Part shown: positions 18,113 through 27,199 of the stretch, piece by piece
Layout of the letters: each line of letters opens with the position of its first letter
How positions within the stretch are numbered: the stretch's first letter is position 1
NCBI GenBank assembly: GCA_903870275.1
Contig: CAIQCK010000103.1
Coordinates: 3,819 to 67,818, forward strand
DNA: 64,000 bases
Source: an uncultured bacterium
GTDB lineage: Bacteria > Verrucomicrobiota > Verrucomicrobiia > CAIQCK01
Direction: 5' to 3'
Made by a program: the position numbers and the translations under genes
Notes under the pieces: model-generated
The model's input: only the letters and a program-made list of their open reading frames with translations
What the model was told of the DNA's origin: nothing
Databases searched by the model: none

Positions 18113-19675
18113 TCACTGCTTGCTTCGGTAGGAGCCAACCACCAGGTCGCTGATGAACCGCTCCGGGTTTTCCACGGCGGCGCGCGTCAGGATGAATTCG
18201 TTCTGGCCGGAGTTTTTCTTGATCAGCCGCAGGCCAAACTCAAAGTCCTTGAACAACTCATCGCAGAAGTCGCGCACCGGACGCTGCGCGGCGAGCGCCC
18301 GCTCCACGACGGCTTCGACACCGTCCGGATCAAAGCCGAGTGTCAACTCGTGTTTCCGGCTGAACCGCTCCGCCCACTGCCGCGCCAGCATGCGCGCCAC
18401 GATCTGCGGCTCATAGTTCGGATCGGCGAGCAGTTTCTCCAGCTCGCGCGCCGGGTTCTCGATCACCTCCGCGGTGACAACAAAACTGCGGACACTGCTC
18501 GATGGCAGATGAAACTTGAACTCGCGCAACGCCCGCTCGCAAACCGTCAGCAGCGCGCGCGCGCCGGTCCGCTCGGTCGCCGCCTGCCGGGCAATGGCGC
18601 GCAAGCCCTCCTCCGCAAAGAGCACGTCAATGCCGAACGCGCGGAAACTCTGCTCATACTGGTGGATCACCGAGCCTTCGCTCTGCCTGAGAATGGCGAA
18701 CAGGTCGTCCTCGGCCAGTTCGTCGCACACGACGCGCACGGGCAGCCGGCCGACGAACTCCGGCTCGAAGCCGAACTGGATGAGGTCCTCCGTCGTCGCT
18801 TTTCGCAACAGGTCGCCGCGGGGAATCTCGCCGCGGATTTTCGCGCCGAAGCCGATCTGCGCCTCGCGCAGCCTCGATCGGGCGATGTCCTCGAGTTTGT
18901 CGAAGGCACCGCTGACGATGAAGAGGATGTGGCGGGTGTTGATGGTCTGCCGCTTGATCTTGCCGTGGCGCTGAAATTCCATCGCCGCCTGGAGCTGGCC
19001 GGTGAGGTCGGTCTGCGAACGCAGCGGCACCTCGGTTTCCTCCATCAGCTTCAGGAGGTTGCTCTGCACGCCACGGCCGGAGACGTCGCGGCCGATGTTC
19101 TGCGCGGCGGCGGCGATCTTGTCAATCTCGTCCACGTAGATGATGCCGTATTGGGCGAGCTTGACGTTGCCGTCGGCGCGCGCGACCAGCTCGCGCACGA
19201 GGTCCTCGACGTCGCCGCCGACGTAGCCGGTCTCGCTGAACTTGGTGGCGTCGCCTTTGACAAACGGCACGCCGATGAGCTGGGCGATGCAGCGGATGAG
19301 GTAGGTCTTGCCCACGCCGGTCGGCCCGATGAGCACCACGTTCTGCTTGTGATACTCGTGGGTGGCGCGGCCGGTCTCGGCGAGCTTGACGTGGTTGTAG
19401 TGGTCGCACACGGCGATGGAGAGAACTTTCTTGGCCTCGTCCTGCCGGATGACGAACCGGTCGAGATGGGCCTTGATGTCCTTGGGCTTGAAGTTGAAAT
19501 CGAACGTGAGCGGCTTCTCCTCGGCGGCCTCGCCGGGTTCGTCGGTGGCAGCCCTCTCCGGCTGGTTCGGGACGCTGACGAAGACAGCCTTGTCGCCAAA
19601 CTGCTGTTTCATGAAATCGGAGAGTTTCTTCTGCACCTCTTCCGGCGTCGGCGAATTGTTCGCTTGTGGTTTCAT
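18113..19675 (-). CDS. ClpX-like AAA+ ATPase lacking the N-terminal zinc-binding domain, with about 120-aa C-terminal extension
   Basis: Walker [11 protein letters not shown], Walker [11 protein letters not shown], sensor/arginine-finger region and ClpX-type GFxPEFxGRLP motif ([12 protein letters not shown]). No C4 zinc ribbon at the N-terminus. Start at ATG 19673-19675 (MKPQANNSP). Confidence 0.8.
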   Translation of the reverse strand: MKPQANNSPTPEEVQKKLSDFMKQQFGDKAVFVSVPNQPERAATDEPGEAAEEKPLTFDFNFKPKDIKAHLDRFVIRQDEAKKVLSIAVCDHYNHVKLAETGRATHEYHKQNVVLIGPTGVGKTYLIRCIAQLIGVPFVKGDATKFSETGYVGGDVEDLVRELVARADGNVKLAQYGIIYVDEIDKIAAAAQNIGRDVSGRGVQSNLLKLMEETEVPLRSQTDLTGQLQAAMEFQRHGKIKRQTINTRHILFIVSGAFDKLEDIARSRLREAQIGFGAKIRGEIPRGDLLRKATTEDLIQFGFEPEFVGRLPVRVVCDELAEDDLFAILRQSEGSVIHQYEQSFRAFGIDVLFAEEGLRAIARQAATERTGARALLTVCERALREFKFHLPSSSVRSFVVTAEVIENPARELEKLLADPNYEPQIVARMLARQWAERFSRKHELTLGFDPDGVEAVVERALAAQRPVRDFCDELFKDFEFGLRLIKKNSGQNEFILTRAAVENPERFISDLVVGSYRSKQ

Positions 19676-19831
19676 CGCGGCCGAATATACACGGCGGGAA
19701 TAGTGGTTGCACCGCCATTCCGCGCGCGGGCGGGCCATGCCGCTCCAAACACACCGTAAATTTCCGCTGGCCCGGCGCACTTCCTGTTTGACGCGTTTCC
19801 CTTGGGTTTGCTAAAAGCCACATGCGCTTTT

Positions 19832-20620
19832 ATGGCTATGATGTTCGGCAACCTGCTAATTCGAGCGGTCGGCGGCGTTCTTGTATTGAGCGCGGCGGCC
19901 TCCGCGACCCTGGCACAAACCGCCGGTGATTTTTTTATCCTCAAGATCGGCCAGCGCCGTGACGTCGTCATCACCCGCGCTGACGCGAAGAATCTCTATT
20001 ACCAAACGCCCAGCGGCGACGCGCCCATGCCGTGGCCGAGCATCAAGAACGAGCCGGGCAGTTGGAATCTGGCCGACCGGCCGGGCGTCAAAGAGGCGCT
20101 CGCCAGCGCCGATGCCGGCCAATACGCCGCCGCGCTGGCGGTCTTGAAACCGCTGGTGGAACGCTACATGGTGCTGCCGGTGCCGTGGGTCCAGGACGCG
20201 GTGGTCGCGGTGGTCCGGTGTCATACGGAGTTGAAGCAGTTCGCCGACGCGGACGCCGTGGCGAAAAAGTTTTCGGAATTCCAGCCCGGTCAGGCCAATC
20301 GCGTGAAGCCCTACCTCGCCATCGCGCTGGCCGGCCAGAAGAAGTATGACGAGGCGATCACTGTGCTCAGCGAAGTGGTCAAGTCCAGCGAAACCAAACT
20401 GGTCGTGACGTTCGCGGAGGCGCGGATGTTCGGCCTGGCGTATCTGGCGCTGGGCGACTGCTACGCTGCCAAAGGCGATGCCGCCAAAGCGCTGGAATGT
20501 TATTTGACGACGGCCGTCCTTTATTATCAGGATGAACCGACCGCCCGCCAGGCGCAGGCCAAGGCGGACGAATTGAAAAAGAAACTGCAACCGCAAACAG
20601 CCAAGGCATCCGATCAATAA
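19832..20620 (+). CDS. TPR-like secreted protein
   Basis: Signal-peptide-like N-terminus (MAMMFGNLLIRAVGGVLVLSAAASA). C-terminal helical repeats (LALGDCYAAKGDAAKALECYLTTAVLYY). The track ORF begins at TTG 19802; ATG 19832 preferred. Confidence 0.55.
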   Translation: MAMMFGNLLIRAVGGVLVLSAAASATLAQTAGDFFILKIGQRRDVVITRADAKNLYYQTPSGDAPMPWPSIKNEPGSWNLADRPGVKEALASADAGQYAAALAVLKPLVERYMVLPVPWVQDAVVAVVRCHTELKQFADADAVAKKFSEFQPGQANRVKPYLAIALAGQKKYDEAITVLSEVVKSSETKLVVTFAEARMFGLAYLALGDCYAAKGDAAKALECYLTTAVLYYQDEPTARQAQAKADELKKKLQPQTAKASDQ

Positions 20621-20677
20621 CAGCGTTTCACCACGAAAGCAAAAGTGCGTCGTCTTTGAGCCAACCGGAAATAACTT

Positions 20678-21646
20678 ATGAAAAATAAATTGAACATCCG
20701 TTTCGAAGCTCGTCATCGCTGGACGGCGGTCGCCACGCTGTTGGCTCTGAGCGCGGCATGGCCGGCCAACGCTTCGGCCGCGGCGGCTCATGAGACGCTG
20801 TGGGACACGCTCAAAGCCGGCGGTCCGATGCTGATCCTCATCGGCGTTCTCTCCGTGCTCACCGTGGGACTGATTTTGGAGTGCTCCTTCCGGCTGCGCG
20901 TGTCCAAAGCCGCGCCGAAGGCGATCGTGGATTTGTTGCAAAAGGCCATCGCCGACGGCAACTACCAGGAAGCGTGGCGCGTGTGCGACAAGAACCCCAC
21001 CTTCATGACCAACGTCCTCAAGCCCGCCATCCAGCGTGTCGGCCGCGGCAAGGAGGTCGTCCGCGAAATCATGTCGGACCACGCGTTGAAAGAGGCGATG
21101 GGCTGGCGCGCGCGGTGCAGCTATCTCTCCATGATCGGCGTCGTCGCGCCGATGTTCGGCCTGATGGGCACGGTGGTGGGCATGATTCACGCCTTCGCCG
21201 CTCTCGCCGGCGGCGGCATCATCGCCGACCCGACGAAGCTGGCCGGCGCCATCTCCGAGGCGCTGGTGAACACCGCCGCCGGTTTGTTTGTGGCGGTGCC
21301 TGGGTTCATGGCCTTTTACTTTTTCCGCAACCGCACGCAGGAAGTCATCGTCGCGGTTGAAGACGTCCTCAACATCCTCCTGGAGGACGTTCCCTACGAT
21401 CAGCTCCAGGGCATCAAGATCGGCCCGCAACTCGAAGCCGAGCTGAGCGGCGAGGCGGCTTCCACCACTCCATCCGGCGGTGAGGCGGGTTCTGCCTCTC
21501 CATCCGGCGAAGGAGCCGCGGGCGAGATGCCCAAGGCGGCGCCGGCTGCGGGCGCGGTCATCGTCCCCTGCCCCAACTGCAACGCGCAGATTCCGCAGGG
21601 CATTCCGACCTGCCCCAACTGCAAGTCCACGCTGGAGTGGGCCTGA
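20678..21646 (+). CDS. exbB: MotA/TolQ/ExbB proton-channel protein with C-terminal Gly/Ser/Ala-rich linker and C4 zinc ribbon
   Basis: Signal peptide plus 3 TM helices with the conserved MotA/TolQ/ExbB region (GLMGTVVGMIHAF...AISEALVNTAAGLFVAVP). C-terminal tail ...CPNCNAQIPQGIPTCPNCKSTLEW. Confidence 0.8.
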   Translation: MKNKLNIRFEARHRWTAVATLLALSAAWPANASAAAAHETLWDTLKAGGPMLILIGVLSVLTVGLILECSFRLRVSKAAPKAIVDLLQKAIADGNYQEAWRVCDKNPTFMTNVLKPAIQRVGRGKEVVREIMSDHALKEAMGWRARCSYLSMIGVVAPMFGLMGTVVGMIHAFAALAGGGIIADPTKLAGAISEALVNTAAGLFVAVPGFMAFYFFRNRTQEVIVAVEDVLNILLEDVPYDQLQGIKIGPQLEAELSGEAASTTPSGGEAGSASPSGEGAAGEMPKAAPAAGAVIVPCPNCNAQIPQGIPTCPNCKSTLEWA

Positions 21647-21703
21647 GCGCGGGATGGTGTTCGAAGCCATGATGGTCTAGCTTGGCAGTAGCCGCGAGAA
21701 GCC

Positions 21704-22192
21704 ATGAGAAAAGAGTCCAAAGCCAGCAGGTTCATGAACGACATGGAGGATCCGGACATCTGCATCGCAGCGATGGCGGATTGCCTGTTCGTGCTCCTGA
21801 CTTTTTTCATGTCCATTTGCTCGCTGGACGTGATGCGCGCCACATTGGAGGTGGCGCTACCGGACGCGCTGAGCGCTCGCGAAATCAAGGAAGGCCGCCA
21901 GGGCTGGGCCTACATCCACATGGTCTGGCAACCGGTGGAGCGCGTCGCAGTGACCACTTTTGAAGGAAAACAATACACCGAGCCGGAGCAGCTCGCGCCG
22001 ATCCTCAGCCGGCGCATGAACGATACCAACCTCAAGAGCGCCTACATCCGCGCGCAAAAAGACTGCCCGTATATTTTCATCTCGCGCCTGACCAAAGTGA
22101 TCGCCGAAGCGGGCATTCCCAACCTGGTCTTCGGGACTTACGAGTCGGGCGGCGCGGGAGCCAAGGCCGCCGCCGCCGCAAAAAAACCATGA
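21704..22192 (+). CDS. exbD: biopolymer transport protein ExbD/TolR
   Basis: Single N-terminal TM (ICIAAMADCLFVLLTFFM) and ExbD periplasmic fold; 162 aa. Confidence 0.8.
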   Translation: MRKESKASRFMNDMEDPDICIAAMADCLFVLLTFFMSICSLDVMRATLEVALPDALSAREIKEGRQGWAYIHMVWQPVERVAVTTFEGKQYTEPEQLAPILSRRMNDTNLKSAYIRAQKDCPYIFISRLTKVIAEAGIPNLVFGTYESGGAGAKAAAAAKKP

Positions 22193-22611
22193 GAACAGAA
22201 GCGCCGGAAGAACAGGAAATCGGTTTTCAGATCACGCCCATCGTGGACATCGTCGCGTTGCTGATCATGTTCTTCATGTGCACCGCCTCCAAGGTGAAGC
22301 CAGAAGGCCAGATCGGCGTCACCCTGCCCGGCTCCGGCGAAGGCGCCAGTGTCGCCGAAGTGGAAGTCTATCTCGGCATCCAGCCCGACGGCGCGGTCAC
22401 GTTCAACGAATCGCCCATCGGCACGCCCATGGACGACAAACTGCAACAGTTGCGCGACAAGCTCCAGTCCATTACCAAGCGGTTCGGCGACAAGATTCCC
22501 GTCTATATCGCGCCGGCGCCCAATTGCATGCACCAGCGCGTGATAGACGTGCTCGATGCCTGCGCCGCCTCCGGCATCAAAAACCTCTCCTTCTCCGAAG
22601 CAGCCGGGTAG
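22189..22611 (+). CDS. exbD: biopolymer transport protein ExbD/TolR (second copy)
   Basis: ITPIVDIVALLIMFFMC TM then ExbD domain; start overlaps the previous stop (ATGA). Confidence 0.8.
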   Translation: MRTEAPEEQEIGFQITPIVDIVALLIMFFMCTASKVKPEGQIGVTLPGSGEGASVAEVEVYLGIQPDGAVTFNESPIGTPMDDKLQQLRDKLQSITKRFGDKIPVYIAPAPNCMHQRVIDVLDACAASGIKNLSFSEAAG

Positions 22612-22717
22612 CGTGGTGCCGCCCCGGGTTTCTTCCTTCAGAGTCTGTTTTTCCGCCTTGCCTTCGACTGCGCCGGCTCCTACGTTGCCGTGCGTGGTCA
22701 GGCGACTCAAATGCCCC

Positions 22718-22912
22718 ATGAAAACGACCGACAGCTACAAGGCCAAATTGGATATCTGGGCGCGGGAGCACCAGCCATGCCCACAGCCGAAGATCGCCAA
22801 TCTTCCGCGCTTTGGTTCCAAGAAGTTCAACTCCTACGCCGAGCTGAACGCGTGGAAGAAACAGCTGCTCGAAACGCTGGCCAGCCGCGGCGGAGCGCGA
22901 TGGACGACGTAA
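22718..22912 (+). CDS. small hypothetical protein (64 aa)
   Basis: ATG 22718 (MKTTDSYKAKLDIWAREH...). Overlaps the next gene by 13 nt. No recognisable domain; coding status uncertain. Confidence 0.35.
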   Translation: MKTTDSYKAKLDIWAREHQPCPQPKIANLPRFGSKKFNSYAELNAWKKQLLETLASRGGARWTT

Positions 22913-23349
22913 TCCGCCTATTCAACCGGCATCGCGTGCGCTACTTGCTGATCGGAGGGCAGGCTGTGCGATTGGAGGGCATGCCGCGCTTCACCATGGA
23001 CTGGGATTTTTATGTTCCTGCGCGTGATGCGGTGAACATTGAAAAGATCAACCGTCTGTTGGCCGACGAACTGGACGCTCCATTGCTCCCGCTCGGCCCG
23101 CACGGCGAGAATTTTGTGCAAACCTATCAGACTCGCTGGGGAATCATCCAATTCCACCTCGGCGGTGTTGGACTTCCGGCTTTCGATAAAGCTGAAAAGC
23201 AAACCGTGGTTCATGTCACCGAAACCGGCGCCCGCGCGCGCTGCATGTGCACCAAGGACTTGATTGCGAGCAAGAAGCGCGCCGGACGCCCGCAGGACTT
23301 GCTCGACGTGGAGTTCTTGAAAAGAAAAACGGCGGCGAGTTCCTCTTAA
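22900..23349 (+). CDS. minimal nucleotidyltransferase (Pol-beta superfamily, MNT-like)
   Basis: hGGxAxxxxGxxRxTxDhDh motif (LLIGGQAVRLEGMPRFTMDWDFYV). C-terminal KKRAGRPQDLLDVEFL resembles the conserved AGR.KDL.D tail of MNT/DUF6036-type proteins. Start ATG 22900. Confidence 0.6.
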   Translation: MDDVIRLFNRHRVRYLLIGGQAVRLEGMPRFTMDWDFYVPARDAVNIEKINRLLADELDAPLLPLGPHGENFVQTYQTRWGIIQFHLGGVGLPAFDKAEKQTVVHVTETGARARCMCTKDLIASKKRAGRPQDLLDVEFLKRKTAASSS

Positions 23350-23411
23350 AGAGATCCGCCACCCGCTGCCAGCACACCCAGCCGGTGTCCGTGCAATTTG
23401 GAAAGAATAGT

Positions 23412-23439
23412 TTGACAAGTCAGGGGCGATTCCTAGGAT
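23412..23439 (+). promoter_or_regulatory. candidate promoter TTGACA-16-TAGGAT upstream of fabG
   Basis: TTGACA 23412-23417, TAGGAT 23434-23439; fabG ATG at 23455. Confidence 0.35.
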
Positions 23440-23454
23440 ACGCGCGGCTTTTTT

Positions 23455-24198
23455 ATGGGCAATCTAAACGACAAAATTGCGTTGGTTACGGGCGCGGGCC
23501 GCGGCATCGGCCAGGCTATTGCGCTCAAACTGGCTGCGAACGGCGCTGATGTGGCCGTCGTGGACCTCAAACCTGAGTTCTGCACCGAGACGTGCGACAA
23601 GGTCCGCGCGCTGGGCCGCCGCGCCTGGGCGTACGGCGCCGACGTCTCCAAAGCCGCCTCCGTGGAGGAGACGGTCGCCAAGGTCCTCGCCGACTGCGGC
23701 AAGGTGGACATTCTGGTCAACAACGCCGGCATCACCAAGGACACGCTGCTCATGCGCATGAGCGAGGCGGACTGGGACATGGTGCTGGACATCAATCTCA
23801 AGGGCACGTTCCTCTTCACCAAGGCGCTCGCGCGCGATTTCGTCAGACAGCGCTCCGGCCGCATCGTGAACATCGCCTCCGTCATCGGCCTCGTCGGCAA
23901 CGCCGGCCCGTGCACCTACGGCGCGTCCAAGGCCGGCGTCATCGGCCTGACCAAGTCCGTGGCCCGCGAGTTGGCCTCGCGCAGCGTCACCTGCAACGCC
24001 GTCGCCCCCGGCTTCATCGAAACAAAGATGACGGCGGCCCTCGGCGAGGAGATCCGGCAGAAGCTGATGACCCAAATCCCGCTGCGCCGGCTCGGTTCCC
24101 CCGAGGACGTGGCCAATGCAGTGCATTTTCTGGCAAGTGACCAGGCCGCTTACATCACCGGTCAGGTCTTGACAGTGGACGGCGGAATGGTGATGTAA
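23455..24198 (+). CDS. fabG: 3-oxoacyl-[acyl-carrier-protein] reductase
   Basis: Short-chain dehydrogenase/reductase (SDR) with TGAGRGIG cofactor motif, NNAG, catalytic S...YGASKAG; 247 aa; fabG synteny with acpP/fabF. Confidence 0.95.
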   Translation: MGNLNDKIALVTGAGRGIGQAIALKLAANGADVAVVDLKPEFCTETCDKVRALGRRAWAYGADVSKAASVEETVAKVLADCGKVDILVNNAGITKDTLLMRMSEADWDMVLDINLKGTFLFTKALARDFVRQRSGRIVNIASVIGLVGNAGPCTYGASKAGVIGLTKSVARELASRSVTCNAVAPGFIETKMTAALGEEIRQKLMTQIPLRRLGSPEDVANAVHFLASDQAAYITGQVLTVDGGMVM

Positions 24199-24234
24199 AT
24201 AGCAAACATCTGAGAGAATAAGGAGAATACAACC

Positions 24235-24492
24235 ATGGCAGACAACAAAGGCAAGCCCACCTTCGAGCGCGTTAAGGACATTATTGTCGAACAGCTCGGC
24301 GTCAACCCCGACCAGGTGAAACCGGAAGCGCGTTTCATCGAGGACCTCTGCGCCGACTCGCTGGACACCGTCGAGCTGGTCATGGCTTTCGAGGAAGAGT
24401 TCGGCACCGAGATTCCCGACGAGGATGCGGAGAAGCTCCAAACCGTCGGCGACGCGGTCAAGTATATCGAGGAAAAAGCTCCCAAGAGCTAA
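24235..24492 (+). CDS. acpP: acyl carrier protein
   Basis: 85 aa with phosphopantetheine attachment motif [20 protein letters not shown]; AAGGAGA RBS upstream. Confidence 0.95.
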   Translation: MADNKGKPTFERVKDIIVEQLGVNPDQVKPEARFIEDLCADSLDTVELVMAFEEEFGTEIPDEDAEKLQTVGDAVKYIEEKAPKS

Positions 24493-24514
24493 GCTCCATT
24501 CGAGCGGTTTACAC

Positions 24515-24566
24515 GGGGCATTGGTGGCGGCGCGACAGGACGCTTGACAACCGCACCCAATGCCCC
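24515..24566 (+). promoter_or_regulatory. acpP-fabF intergenic stem-loop (10-bp stem GGGGCATTGG / CCAATGCCCC, 32-nt loop)
   Basis: Arms at 24515-24524 and 24557-24566. Loop contains TTGACA (24544-24549). Candidate attenuator/processing site or internal promoter. Confidence 0.35.
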
Positions 24567-24581
24567 AACTGTCTAATTCAT

Positions 24582-25829
<1,248 letters not shown>

Positions 25830-25958
25830 GCGCCTTCCCGGGAGCGCGGGCATCCTGCCCCCCGACGTTCACGCGCAGGCGCAGCCAGTTAGAAGGCGGT
25901 TGATGGAACCGTCTCTGTTGCGACCACTTTTTTTATCCATACTTTATTCGAACGCAGC

Positions 25959-26792
25959 ATGCAATTTACCATCGTCACACCCAGCTTCAGGAATTCTTCC
26001 TGGCTTAAGCTGTGCATCGCCTCGGTGGCCGACCAGGGTGTGGAGGCGGAACACATCGTCCAGGACTCCTGCTCCGATGACGGCACGCAGGACTGGCTGC
26101 CGCACGACTCCCGCGTCATCTCCGTCATCGAAAAGGACACGGGCATGTATGACGCGGTCAACCGCGGATTCCGCCGCGCACGGGGGGAATTGCTGGCCTA
26201 TCTCAACTGCGACGAACAATACCTTCCCGACGCTTTGCGCAAGGTAAGCCGTTTCTTTGACCAGCATCCCGGCGTGGACGTGATTTTCGGCGACACCGTG
26301 ATCGTCGGCCCCCAGGGCGAATACATCTGCGAGCGCCGCGCGCTCCTGCCCCATCGCCTCCATACCCTCATCAGCATGAACCTGAGTTTCCTCACGGCCG
26401 CCACCTTCATGCGGCGGCGGGTTTTTCATGAACTCGGACTCCACTTCGATCCAAGCCTGCGTGACGTGGGCGACGCCGAATGGACACTCCGTTTGCTCAA
26501 GGCTGGAGTGCGCATGGCGACGATGAAAGAATTGACCAGCGCGTATACGGAGACAGGAACCAACATGAGCCTCGGCCCGAATATGGCTCGCGAACGGGCT
26601 GTCTTCGCCCAAACCGCCCCGCTGTGGGCGCGCACACTGGCCCCGTTCCTCGTGGCCTATTTCCGGTCCCGCCGATGGCGCGCGGGGCATTACCGCTGCC
26701 AACCGCATTCGTATGTCATCTACACCAAGGACGGCCCCAACGAGCGAAAGCTCTTCCAAGCGAACCAGCCGACCTTCCGATGGTCGCGGTGA
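25959..26792 (+). CDS. family 2 glycosyltransferase
   Basis: FTIVTPSFRNSSWL...DSCSDDGT...YLNCDEQYLPD (DxD-like) typical GT2 GT-A fold; 277 aa. Confidence 0.8.
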   Translation: MQFTIVTPSFRNSSWLKLCIASVADQGVEAEHIVQDSCSDDGTQDWLPHDSRVISVIEKDTGMYDAVNRGFRRARGELLAYLNCDEQYLPDALRKVSRFFDQHPGVDVIFGDTVIVGPQGEYICERRALLPHRLHTLISMNLSFLTAATFMRRRVFHELGLHFDPSLRDVGDAEWTLRLLKAGVRMATMKELTSAYTETGTNMSLGPNMARERAVFAQTAPLWARTLAPFLVAYFRSRRWRAGHYRCQPHSYVIYTKDGPNERKLFQANQPTFRWSR

Positions 26793-26843
26793 CCCGTCAG
26801 AAATCACGACGAAGCACGCAACCCTTGATATGACCGCCCTTCT

Positions 26844-26888
26844 TCGCTGTAGCGGCGGTCTCCAACCACCGAGCTGTTCATTATCAAC
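26844..26888. repeat. short repeat (half copy of hairpin element CTGTAGCGGCGGTCTCC...TTCAT(T/C)ATCAAC)
   Basis: Matches 27058-27105 (left arm plus loop of the hairpin element below). A third copy of the core CTGTAGCGGCGGTC is at 9465-9478. Confidence 0.5.
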
Positions 26889-27000
26889 CTCAACTACACG
26901 CCCAACACCGCGCGCGAGTCGAAAGTGGACGCCATCCTCAACAACGCCCCCGGCTTTGGCGGCCACAACTGTTCCCTCGTCGCCAAGCGGTTCGTGTAGG
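26888..27000 (+). pseudogene. diverged duplicate of the fabF 3' end (last about 37 codons plus stop)
   Basis: About 95% identical (6 mismatches over about 112 bp) to 25718-25829. Retains frame and a TAG stop ([36 protein letters not shown]) but has no 5' part. Confidence 0.6.
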
Positions 27001-27057
27001 CAGACGCCTGTAGCCGCCGACGTAAGGAGGCGGTCATGTTCGCATCCTCGATCTTTC

Positions 27058-27130
27058 CGCTGTAGCGGCGGTCTCCGACCGCCGAAATGTTCATCATCAA
27101 CAACCGGCGGTCAGAGACCGCCGCTACAGC
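27058..27130. repeat. palindromic hairpin element (17-bp perfect stem GCTGTAGCGGCGGTCTC / GAGACCGCCGCTACAGC, extendable to about 27 bp)
   Basis: Arms at 27059-27075 and 27114-27130. Preceded by a REP-like arm CTGTAGCCGCCGACGTAAGGAGGCGG (27008-27033) shared with the mutS leader element. Confidence 0.5.
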
Positions 27131-27199
27131 CACCGCTTGTCCGCGTGACTTCCCCCGCCCCTTCTGGTAGAAACGCCGCCAAGGAGAGCGGCAGAGACG

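Noticed and set aside
22556-22912. 118-aa track ORF upstream extension of the small 64-aa ORF
   Set aside because: The 5' part (MPAPPPASKTSPSPK...) is Pro/Ser low complexity, overlapping the exbD2 3' end in another frame. Only the ATG-22718 version was retained, at low confidence.
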